A stretch of DNA of 64,000 bases, taken from NCBI RefSeq assembly GCF_964213995.1, contig NC_135808.1, positions 33,542,001 through 33,606,000 of the forward strand, read 5' to 3'. A model generated the notes under the pieces. That model had not been told where the DNA came from and searched no databases. It worked only from the letters and a program-made list of their open reading frames with translations. The stretch is from Mustelus asterias. Lineage: Eukaryota. A program made the translations under genes and the position numbers. Positions 12,485 to 23,670 of this stretch are shown piece after piece; the stretch's first letter is position 1, and the number at the start of each line of letters is the position of its first letter.

Positions 12485-14545
12485 CTACAAGCAACAGACG
12501 TCCCAGCACTGATCCCTGTGGAACACCACGAGCTACAGATCTCCATTTTGGAAAACACTCTTCCACTGCTATAACCAAGACAGTTCTGTATCCATCTAGC
12601 CAGCCCATCCCGAATCCCACATAATTTATTTTTTGTACCAGTTTGCCATGTGGGACCTTGTCAAACACCTTACCAAAATCTATATAAACTATATCCACGC
12701 CCTTCCCTCATCAATTTACTTTGCCACCTCTTCACAAAACTCAATCAAATTGATGAGACATGGCCTTTCCCGTACAAAACCATGCTGCCTGTCACCAACT
12801 GGTCCATTTTCCTCCAAATGTGCATATAACCTGTCCCTCAATATCTTGTCCAAAAGCTTCCCCGCCACTGATGTCAGGCTCACCGCCCTATAATTTGCTG
12901 GATTATCCCTGCTTCTTTTCTTAAACAAGGGAACAACCGTGACTATTCTCCAGTCCTTTGGCTCGCCTGTGGTCAAAGAGGATGTGAAGATAACTGTTAA
13001 GGCCCCAGACATTTCTCCCCTTGTGCCCGCAGTAACCTGGGGACTTGACTACCTTAATGCATTTTAGGATAGTCAGCAATTTCCACTTTGACATATTGAT
13101 GTTCTCAAGAAGGTTCACGCACCTATCCTTGACCTCAACATCCGCCATGTCCTTCTCCTTGGTGAATACCAATACAAAGTAATCATTAAGGATTTCACCC
13201 ATGAAAGTTAATCTTGTGTAACTTAACACGAGAGGGATGGCAGGGTGGCACAGTGGTTAGCATTGCTGCCTCACAACACTAACAACCCGGGAACAATTCT
13301 GGCCTTGTGTTACACATTCTCTCAATGTCTGAGTGGGTTTCCTCCGGGTACTTCTGTTTCCTCGCACAATCCAAAGATGTGCAGGTTAGGTTGATTGGCC
13401 ATGGTAAATGCGTGGAGTTACAGTGATAGAACAAAGAACAAAGAAAAGCACAGCTCAGGCGAGCCAGACGACTGGAGAATAGTCAATGTTGTTCCCTTGT
13501 TCCACACATAACTTCCCTCCATTGTCCTTGAGTGAAATTACTCTTTCTCTTGCTACCCTCTTGCTCCTAATATATGCATAAAAAATCTTGGGATTCTCCT
13601 TGACCCTGTTTGCTAAAGACATTTCATGGCTCCTTTTAGCCCTCCTAAATCCACGTTTAAGTTGCTTCCTACTTTCACTGTACTCCTCAAGGGCTTCGTC
13701 AGTTTTTAGATGCCTAGACCTATAGCATGCTTCCTTTTGATTAAGCTTACAATTTCCTTTGTCATCCATGGTTCCCAAATCCTGCCATTTCTATCCTTCA
13801 TTTTTGTGGGGACATACCTGTCCTGCACTTCAGCCAACTGGCCTTTAAAAGCCTCCCACATGTCAGACGTGGATTTGCCCTCAAATAGCCGCTCCCAATC
13901 CACATTCCCTAATTCCTGTCTAATTTGGATGTAACTGGCCCTCACCCAATTAAGCATCCTCACCCGAGGGCCATTCTTGTCCTTATCCATGACTACCCAA
14001 AATCTTATGGAATTATGGTCACTAAGCCCAAAATGCTCCCCCACTGAAATATCGATCACCTGGCCTGGCTCATTCCCCAAAACCAAGTCTAGTATGGCCC
14101 CTTCCCTGGTTGGATTGTCAACATACTGTATCAAAAAGCCCCCCTGAAGACATCTAACAAATTGCTCTCCATCCGAGCCCCTGGCTGCAAGGGATTCCTA
14201 GTCAACATGAGGGAAGTTAAAGTCACCCATCACAACTACTCTGCTTTTTTCACACCTTTTCAGTATCTGACTACAAACTGCTCCTCTGTCTCCTATGGGC
14301 TGTTGGGCGGCCTATGGTACACTCCCATCATTGTGATTCACCCTTCCTATTCCTGGGCTCTACTCATAATGCCTCACTGCAAGATCCTTCCAATGTCTCC
14401 TCCCTCAACACAGCTGTGATGCAGTAATGCTCAGAATCAGTAATGCAACTCCCCCACCCCTTCTGTCCCATCCCGGAATGTTAAGCTGCCAGTGCTGTCT
14501 CTCCTTTAACCATGTTTCCATAATTGCAATTACATCATAATTCCA
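11760..14545 (-). mobile_element. CR1 (HER1-type) LINE, degraded ORF2, with an internal (TA)n at 12436-12484
   Basis: APE (PTREGAILDLVL, SDHNSI) and RT ([24 protein letters not shown]) motifs in minus-strand ORFs. Confidence 0.9.
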
Positions 14546-15589
14546 AGACATCTGTTTTCCAAATGGTCTCATTCCGAATGCTTGATTAAGCTCCAAGAAT
14601 TGCTAATGTGCTTAGCTCAGCAGGGGTCTGTTGACTCAGCTTACAGTACAAATTTTGTTTGACTGACATCTTTATTCACTTTTAGTAAATTTTCATCATA
14701 ATTCCATGAAATAATCCAGACTCTCAGTTCATCTGTTTTACCTACATTGAATTCTTCTTGCATTGTAGCAAACGCACTCCAGACCTACAGTCCTGCTGAG
14801 CCCTGCGGCTTCCCTCTGCCTGCTCTTACTCTGCGCTATGTTCATCTCGGTCTCACTTTTTCCCCCATTCTCTACACTGGGCAGGGTAGTTGTGATGGGT
14901 GACTTTAACTTCCCCATAGGGTGGGGAGATGTGGGCCTGGGTAGGATGCTCTTTCGGGGAGTCGGTGCAGACTTGATGCATTGAATGGTTCCTTCTGCAC
15001 TGCAGGAATTCTATGGTTCTAAAGGCATTTAAAGACCGCATCATAGAAAAATTTACTAAAAGTGAATAAAGATGTCAGTCAAACAAAACTTGTACTGTAA
15101 GCTGAGTCAACAGACCCCTGCTGAGCTAAGCGCATTAGCAATTCTTGGAGCTTAATCAAGCATTCGGAATGAGACCATCTGGAAAACAAATGTCTTGTCA
15201 TCCCTTCTCTTTCTGCAGGTCACAACCTGAAACGTTAACTCTGTTTCCTTCCACAAATGCTGCTAGAGTTGCTGAGCATTTACAGCATTTTCTATTTCGA
15301 TTTCCAGCACCTTCAGTATTTTGTTTTGGGACTGGGAAGAACTTCATGTTCAAAATAATATCTTAAGTCCACTTGAGAGGACCGAGAGGCCTCATTTTAA
15401 TATCTAGTTAAAAGATGGCACTTCTGACAGCGCAGTCATCTCTCAACACTACTCTCTAAGTATTTCTCTCAGTGCTTGCCCTCCAACAATACACTGCCTT
15501 CTCAGTACTGCCTGTCCAACAGTCTAGTAATATAACTGTATGTCCATTCCAACAAGGGTTACAGCTTTGGCACTGCCCTTTTGAAACTG

Positions 15590-16825
15590 GAGCAGTCCCT
15601 CAGTACTGACCCTCTGACAGTGCAACACTACCTCAGTGCTGACCCTCTGACAGTGCAGCAGTCCCTCAGTACTGACCTTTTGAAACTGCAGCACTCCCTC
15701 AGTACTGACCCTCTGACAGTGCAGCACTCCCTCAGTACTGACCCTCTGACAGTGCAGCACTCCCTCAGTACTGACCCTCTGACAGTGCAGCACTCCCTCA
15801 GTACTGACCCTCTGACAGCGCAGCACTCCCTCAGTACTGACCCTCTGACAGTGCAGCACTCCTTCAGTACTGACCCTCTGACAGTGCGGCACTCCCTCAG
15901 CACTGACCCTCTGACAGCGCAGCACTCCTCAGTACTGACCCTCTGACAGTGCAGCACTCACTCAGTACTGACCCTCTGACAGTGCAGCACTCACTCAGTA
16001 CTGACCCTCTGACAGTGCAGCACTACCTCAGTACTGACCCTCTGACAGTGCAGCCCTCCCTCAGTACTGACCCCCTGACAGTGCAGCACTCACTCAGTAC
16101 TGACCCTCTGACAGTGCAGCACTCCCTCAGCACTGACCCTCTGACAGTGCAGCACTCACTCAGTACTGACCCTCTGACAGTGCAGCACTCCCTCAGTACT
16201 GACTCCATGACATGTAATGCTCCCTCAGTTATAATTGACTGGCAGTACAGCACTCCCTCACTACTGACCCCCTGACAGTGTAGTGCTCCCTTAGTACTGA
16301 CCCCTTGACTGTGTAGTGCTTCCTCAATTATAATCGTCCGGCAGTGCAACACTACCTCAGTACTGACCCCCTGACAGTGTATTGCTCCCTCAGTACTGAC
16401 CCCCTGACAGTGCAGTGCTCCCTCAGTACTGACCCTCTGACAGTGCAGCACTCCCTCAGTACTGACCCTCTGACAGTGCAGTGCTCCCTCAGCACTGACC
16501 CTCTGACAGTGCAGTGCTCCCTCAGCACTGACCCTCTGACAGTGCAGCACTCCCTCAGTACTGACACTCTGACAGTGCAGTGCTCCCTCAGCACTGACCC
16601 TCTGACAGTGCAGTGCTCCCTCAGTACTGACCCCCTGACAGTGCAGTGCTCCCTCAGTACTGACCCACTGACAGTGCAGTGCTCCCTCAGTACTGACCCT
16701 CTGACAGTGCAGCACTCCCTCAGCACTGACCCTCTGACAGTGCAGTGCTCCCTCAGTACTGACCCCCTGACAGTGCAGTGCTCCCTCAGCACTGACCCTC
16801 TGACAGTGCAGTGCTCCCTCAGTAC
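15590..16825. repeat. 33-bp minisatellite (CTGACAGTGCAGCACTCCCTCAGTACTGACCCT)n, about 37 units, in intron 4
   Basis: Directly visible tandem array. The unit is a multiple of 3, which generates the repetitive ORFs on both strands. Confidence 0.97.
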
Positions 16826-17154
16826 AGTAATGGAGTGACAGCCTAGGTTTTGTGCTCAAGTCTCAATTGTGCCTCAGATGTGCTCAACGTTACCTGTCCA
16901 TGATGTCTCTCAGCTCCTGCACTAACCCTATGTTGCCAGGCTGCTAATCCAAGGGTGGAGTTAACTTGCTGCTTGTGTGTAAAGTTTGCCATTATTTCGA
17001 TGGAAAATAGGCATTTGCTATCAGCTGACATGCGAGAAACATCAATTTCACTGATGCCTGGGAACAACAACAAAGACACAAACAGATTAAATTAGAACTG
17101 GGAATGGATCTGGGAACACAGAGTAAATCCTGACATTATTCCAATTTGTTTCAG

Positions 17155-17274
17155 AAATCCCAGGAAACAGTTCGGGACACTTGCATCCTGGATTTATAAC
17201 AGTATTAGTGTTCACTGCACTGGCTGTTATATTTGGGATAGTCAGAATAATTATCTGGAAAAGACATCGAAGAG
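17155..17274 (+). CDS. MHC class I heavy chain, exon 5 (connecting peptide + transmembrane + basic stop-transfer)
   Basis: Acceptor TTTGTTTCAG|, 120 nt, donor GAG|GTAAGA, phase 1. Translates (E)IPGNSSGHLHPGFITVLVFTALAVIFGIVRIIIWKRHRR. Confidence 0.88.
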
Positions 17275-17714
17275 GTAAGAATCCTAGAGAGGGGAATGTA
17301 GAACTGAGGGGACAGAGTGAGTGTGGGGGATCTCCAGTACTGGGAGTACAGGAGCTGAGAGTGAGAGAGAGGGGAATTATATAGAATAAAATTTACTGTA
17401 AAGAACTGGCCCAACATCTTTATGTCAGTATTTTTACTGCACACATACCTCCTCCTACCATATCTTATCCAAATCTTTCAGCATGTTATGTTATTCCTTT
17501 ATTGGCCACATACTGAGTGTACGTCTTCTTCTTTGGTTTCAGTCTTTCCTTATCTCTTTAATCATCCACACTTGTCATTAATTGCTAATTTGTTCTTTTT
17601 TTATTGAATTAGAAATGAAAAAATGATTTCAAGGAAATGATGACCATCAATGAGACCAGGTTACAAGCAGGACAAGACTAAGTGATATATATTTCAGGGT
17701 ATAAATTACAAGTA

Positions 17715-19375
17715 GTTGAGGATCCAGCACTGATCCCTGTGGCACTTCACTTTCTACAACTTGCCAATCTGAAAAAATAATCTACTCTCTGCTTCCTGTT
17801 GGGTAACCAACCTTTTATCTAATATGTTACCTCTTATGCCATGTGATCTTATTTTGTGTAGTAACCTTTGATGTGGCATCAAATGCCTTTTGGAAATCTA
17901 AAAATACCACATCTACCCTTTATACACCTGGAATGTTGCTTTCTCAAGAAACTCTAATAGATAGGTTAAACACGATTTTCCTTTCATAAAATCTTGTTCG
18001 CTCTGCCTGATCACATAGTGATATTCTAAGTATCCTGCTCATACTGTAACCTCCTTAATAATGGATTCCAGCACTTTCCCTATGACAGATGTTAGGCTAA
18101 TTAGCCTCTCTTTTCCTGTTTGCTTCCTCCCTCTTTTCTTGAATAAAGATAACACATCAGCTATTTTCCAATTTGCTGGGACTGTTCCAGAAAATAATTA
18201 TTTTTGGAAGATTATTATTAATGAATCTACTATCTGTACCACCACTTTCTTTAAGATACAAAGTTAGGTAGCAAAGAAAGTTATGAGGAGGATGTAAAGA
18301 GTCTGCAAAGTGATAGAGATAGGTTAAGTCATTGGTCAAGAATTTGGCAGAGTATTTTGAGGGAAAAGTCAGGTTGTCCAATTTGGCAGGAATAATAGGA
18401 AAGTAGAATAACATTTAAATGGAGAAAGACTGCAGAATGCTGTGGTACGGAGGGATCTGGGGGTCCTTGTGCACAAAAATCACAAAAGTCAGCAATTCCA
18501 ATCTTTCTACAACTGTACAGAACATTGATGAGATCATACCTAGAGTACTGATTAGTTTTCATCTTGGTTAAAGAGGAATATGTTTGCATTGGAAGCAGTT
18601 CAGAGAGGATTCAGTAGGCTCATTCCTCAGATGATGGGGTCTTGTTTTATGAGGACAGGTTGAGCAGGTTGGGTCTACACTTACTGGAGTTTCAAAGAAT
18701 GAGAGGTAATCTTATGAAAACTTTTAAGGTTCTGAGGGAGTTTGACAGGGTAGATGCTAAGAGGATGTTTCTTATTATGGGAAAATCTAGAAATAGGGAG
18801 CAGAGTTTAAAAATAAGGGCCTCCCATTTAAGATGGAGATGAGGAAGAAAGTCTCCTCTCAAAGGGTCATTCATCTTTGGGGTTCTGTTCTGTTCGGAAC
18901 AGGTTACAAGCAGGACAAGACTAGGTATTTCAGGGTATAAATTGCAAGTAGTTGAGGATCCAGCACTGATCCCTGTGGCACTTCACTTTCTACAACTTGC
19001 CAATCTAAAAAAAAATCTACCCCAAAGATTAACGACCCTTTGAGAGAAGGCATTCTTCCTCACCTCCATCTTAAATGGGAGGCCCTTATTTTTAAACTAT
19101 GTTCCCTATTTCTAGGTTTTCCCATAATAGGGAACATCCTCTGAGCATCTACCCTGTCAAACTCCCTCAGAACCTTAAATTCTGTTCTGTTCAGAGTAGT
19201 GATGTTGAGTATATTCAAGGCTGAGTGAAACTGATTTTTCATCTACAAGAGAGTCAAGGGTTAACGGTGGGAGCCAGGCAGAAAAATGAAGTTAAGGCCA
19301 CAACAGATCAATGATCTTATTGAATAGTAGAGCAGGTTCAAGAGACTCAAAGACCTATTCCTGCTCTTATTCCTT
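17715..19375. mobile_element. CR1 LINE fragments in both orientations
   Basis: RT-region and 3' motifs (YEDRLSRLGL, RMRGNL, FDRVDA). Confidence 0.75.
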
Positions 19376-19461
19376 GGGATCTTACTTGCACAGGAGTGGT
19401 ACAGTGAAGCTTCACTACATTGGCCCCAGGGATGAGTGGGCCATCCTACAATGAGAGACTG

Positions 19462-20455
19462 GGCCTGTGATTCTCCCATCCTGCTACACTAATTTTTTAG
19501 CGCAGCACAGCCAACTTCTACCACAGTCTGCTCCATACTGGAAATTGGGGAGGTGGGGCTAGCATTTAAATGATATTTTCAATATCATTTAAATGGTATT
19601 AGTGGGCCCAGGACTCAAATTCTCCAGGCCCGCTAGCCTCTCCCACCCCGCTAAAGTGTTTCACTCCAGTGGGGATTACAGTAGGTTCCCACTTTCGGGG
19701 AGCAAGTAGCCTGACCCCTCTGAAGTGAAGGGGGAACAATCGGGGCCCACCAGGGGTCGGGCAGTGGGGTTGGTGTCCCTGGGCGTGGTCATCCCGGCAG
19801 TGCCAGCCTGTGCCTCCTGGCACTGCCCAGGGGGCACCTTGGCACAGCCTGGGGGCACCTTGCCACTGCCCATGGGGATGGGGCAGTGTCAAGGAGGTGG
19901 GGCTGATGGGGCAGGGCCTAAGAGGCAATCGGTGGGGGTGGGCGGATCCCGCTGCCACTCTGCCATTGGGATCGGTCAACTAAGGAGGAAGGCCAGTGCT
20001 CGGGGTGGGCTGGGGGAGGGGTGGGGTCAGCCCGGGAGGGGCGTCTGCCTGCTGATGGGGAGGGGATCGGCATTGCTGGGGGGTGTAACTGTTGGGGGAT
20101 GGGGGTGCTGGAGATCGGGGCAGTCCTGGAAGGGGAGGGAGTCGGGGCTGGCCCGAAAATGGTCAGGGGGTCATGTGGAGGGTCAGAGGTGCAACACTGT
20201 GGGGGTCGCGGGGCTGGTCAACAACCAAGCTGGCTACCAATCAGAAGGCTGACAGTGTGCAGAGGCCTGCTCATTTCAGCCTCCCGGGTGGGAATAGGCC
20301 CCACCCACTGATTTATAATGATATTCACACTGGTGGCCTCTGCATTGCACAGAGTGTGGAGATTCTAGTCTGAACTCCCACTGAAAAAATAACGTGACTT
20401 ACTCCAGTTTTCACGCAAATTGAACACTTAGAATTGTTTGGGGAGAATTCTGGCC
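19462..20455. mobile_element. Harbinger-like MITE splitting a CR1 3' fragment
   Basis: Imperfect TIRs GGCCTGTGATTCTCCC / GGGAGAATTCTGGCC. The flanks rejoin as CR1 sequence (GAGACTG...GGTCTAT). A related copy lies in opposite orientation at 27330-28200. Confidence 0.75.
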
Positions 20456-21181
20456 TGGGTCTATATTCTCTGGAGTTTTGAAGAATGAGGGGCAATCTCA
20501 TTGAAACATGCAGGGGCTTGACAGGGTAGACACAGAGGTTGTTTCCCCTGGCTGGAAAATCTAGAATATAGACCGGGTCGGAGGGACATATTCTCAGAAT
20601 AAGGGGATGTTCATTTAGGACTGAGATGAGGAGAGAATCTTTGGAATCATCTTCCCCAGAGAGTTATAGATGTTCCACCATTGAATACATTGAAGGGTGG
20701 AATAGATAGAATTATAGCCCATAGGAAATCAAAGGGAGAGCAGCGGAAAAGTGGTGTTGAAACCCAAGATCAGCCATGATCATATTAATTATGGAGTAGG
20801 CTCGACAGACCACATTGTCAACTCCCTATTCCTATTTCTTAAACTCTTTTTACAGTTTACAGTTTACCATGGTCTTTTTTCCCAGGGTGTATCACAAGCA
20901 GGGTAAAAAATATAGTTCAGTCGAAGATTCTCCAGAATTATCACATCTCAGTGGGTAACATGCAGTTAAAAAGTGTTTGCAATTAGTGCTCTTTGCTCTT
21001 GTCCATAGTAACAGATAAAACAGGAAATCCACAGCAACCATTTCATAGGAATTCTGGAAAAGGACATTTAATCGGTGAGATTCCAAGTTTTATAAAAATT
21101 TTAAATTGTTGTCTTATTGATGTCCACATTTTCACTTTTTCCAAACATCGTGCAATTGACTGTGTTTAATATTTTCATTAG

Positions 21182-21366
21182 ATTCAGCACAGCCATTTCT
21201 GGAGACCAACCTCGCTCACCATCTCCCAGAAACTATGGTTCATAATGTGGATCTGGAGCTAAGTGACTCCCATCCTCAGCTTAAACTGCAACCTTTTCAG
21301 ACAGGATCACAACCCGGAGCACACAATCCAGTGGAAGGTAACACAACCACAACTGAACAGGAATAG
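21182..21366 (+). CDS. Candidate terminal cytoplasmic-tail exon of the MHC class I gene
   Basis: Acceptor ATTTTCATTAG| in non-repetitive sequence. The phase-1 frame is open for 61 codons (DSAQPFLETNLAHHLPETMVHNVDLELSD...TEQE*). There is no homology support and alternative acceptors exist. Confidence 0.4.
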
Positions 21367-21749
21367 AATTCAGTCCAAACAGACACTTCAAATTCTGCAA
21401 TGTTCCTGATGTAAATACAGTAAAATGTGATGTAGGTCACAACATGGCAGAGCGCTTAACAAACTGTGAGAAAGGAGAGACAACTCAGAGCTTACTGAGA
21501 CACTGTGATCCACATTGTAAAATGGAAAGAACCCATTGTTAGAGAAAACTAATCTGAGCCCAGGTGTCGGGAGGAACTGGCAGTAATTGCAAAGCAGATA
21601 GGAATTGAAATAGATGAGGATGTCAAGCTGTTTTCACAAGATCTGAAAATATTTACAATTCTATTAAAAGAGAAGCCATTCCCCAATTAAAAGAGAATTG
21701 GAACATTTGTCATTTGCCACAAATTGTGTAATTTGTTTGCCATTATTCA

Positions 21750-23670
21750 ATATAAGCCCACTGACTTACACAGCTACTTCAACCACAACTCCTCACACCC
21801 TGCTTCCTGTAAGGACTCCATCCCATTCTCCCAGTTTCTTTGTCTCTGCCATATAATGATGCTACACATCTGCCCTCACCTCTTCCCCTCCCTTTAGTGT
21901 TCCCTTCTACTCCACCAGCTTCTGTGTTCAAAAGATCATCCTCTGCCATTTCCAACATGGATTCACCCCCAAACATATTATACCTTCACTTCCCCTATCA
22001 GCATTCCATGGGGCCTATTCCCTCTGTGACACTCAGGTGCATTCCTCAATCACCCCAATACCTCTTCCTTCAGCATATTCCCATGCAATTGCAGGCAGTA
22101 TAACACCTGCCCCTTTAACTGCTCCCCACCATCCCCTACCATCCAAGGCCCCAAAGACTCCTTCCAGATGATCCACTTGCACTTTTTCAATTTTGTCTGT
22201 GGTCTCCTCTACTATGGAAAGACTAAAAGAAAATTGGGTGACCTCTTTATAGAACACGTTCACTCAGTCTGCATGCATGACCCCGACCTTCCTGTTGCTT
22301 GCCATTTCAAGTCACCATATTGTTCTCATGGCCACATTTCCATCCCTGACCTGCTACAAAGTTCTCGGGAAACTAACAGAAATTGGAGGAACAGTATTTT
22401 CAGTTAGGCATTTTACAGCCTTCCAGACTTTATATTAAGTTCAATAACCTTGAACTCTGTTCTCCATTTTGATTTTTTTTCACCCCTTACTGTGCTTCAG
22501 AGTACAGTCTGTAACTTGTTTTCATGTTTTTCTTTCAGGAAGTGCTAACCATTGTTATGCTGTTGTCATGTTCTGCTATCTGACCTTTATGCTGCAGTTA
22601 ACATCTGATTTAATCTTTAACACTGTCATTACCATTACTTTGTCTTGTATCCATGACATCTTTGTCATTTCATCTCCCTGGAGCTCCAACCTATCCCAGG
22701 CTCTCTATTTTGCTCCACGACAATAATGTCTCCTTCAATGTCAACAAAATGAAGGAGATAGTCATCGACTTCAGGAAGGGTAGTGGAAGGCATGCCCCTG
22801 TCTACATCAATGGGGACGAAGTAGAAATGGTTCAGAGCTTCAAGTTTTTAGGTGTCCAGATCACCAACAACCTGTCCTGGTCCCTCCATGTGGACGCTAT
22901 AGTTAAGAAAACCCACCAATGCCTCTACTTTCTCAGGAGACTAAGGAAGTTTGGCATATCCGCTACACCTCTAACCAACCTCTGTAGGGGCACCATAGAA
23001 AGCATTCTTTCCAGTTGTATCACAGCTTGGTATGGTTCCTGCTCTGTCCAAAACCACAAGAAACTACAAAGGGTCGTGAATGAAGCCCAGTCGATTATTC
23101 AAACCAACCTCCCATCCATTGACACTGTCTACACTTCCTGCTGCGTCGGAAAAGCAGCCAGCATAATCAAGGACCCCACGCACCCCAGACATACTCACTT
23201 GCACCTCCTTCTATCGGGAAAAAGATACGAAAGTCTGAGGACACGTACCAAACAACTCAAAAAAAGCTTCTTCCCTGCTGCCATCAGACTTTTGAATGGA
23301 CCTACCTCGTATTAAGTTGATCTTTCTCTGCACCCCAGCTATGACTGTAACACTACATTCTGCACTGCCTCCTTTCCTTCTCTATGAACGGTATGCTTTG
23401 TATAGCACACAAAAAACAATACTTTTCACTCTATACGAATACATGTGACAATAATAAATCAAATCTAATCAAATCAAATCTGTTTCATCCCCTCTCCGCA
23501 ACAGCATAAAACCATCACATTCCTACCTCCCTGCAGCTCTGACGAAGAGTTATATGGTCTCAAAATGCTTACCCTGTTTCTCTCCACAGATGCTGCCAGA
23601 CCTGTTGAGTTTTTCCAGCATTTCCTGTTGTGATTACAGATTTCTGGCATTCACAATATCTTGCTTTTAT
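21750..23670 (+). mobile_element. Penelope-like element remnant interrupted by Rex1
   Basis: YKPTDLHSY...SHP...KDSIPFSQFL RT tail and GIY-YIG-like LLYYGKTKRKLGDLFIEH...PVACHF. A degenerate hammerhead core starts at 23539. Confidence 0.75.
22718..23480 (+). mobile_element. Rex1/Babar-clade LINE 3' fragment
   Basis: NVNKMKEIVIDFRK, SFKFLGV, LYFLRRLRKF, IESIL...ITAWYG, SFFPAAIRLLN motifs and a (CAAAT)n tail. Confidence 0.9.

Noticed and set aside
15590-16825. CRISPR-like array or repetitive Cys/His-rich proteins
   Set aside because: Units are head-to-tail with no unique spacers, there are no cas genes, and the context is a vertebrate intron. The ORFs arise because the unit is 33 bp.
19599-20373. 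Long Pro/Gly-rich ORFs (also 27488-28161, 38873-39488, 42978-43357, 55048-55627, 62056-62719)
   Set aside because: These are GC-rich MITE or transposon interiors, open in several frames on both strands, with no domain motifs.
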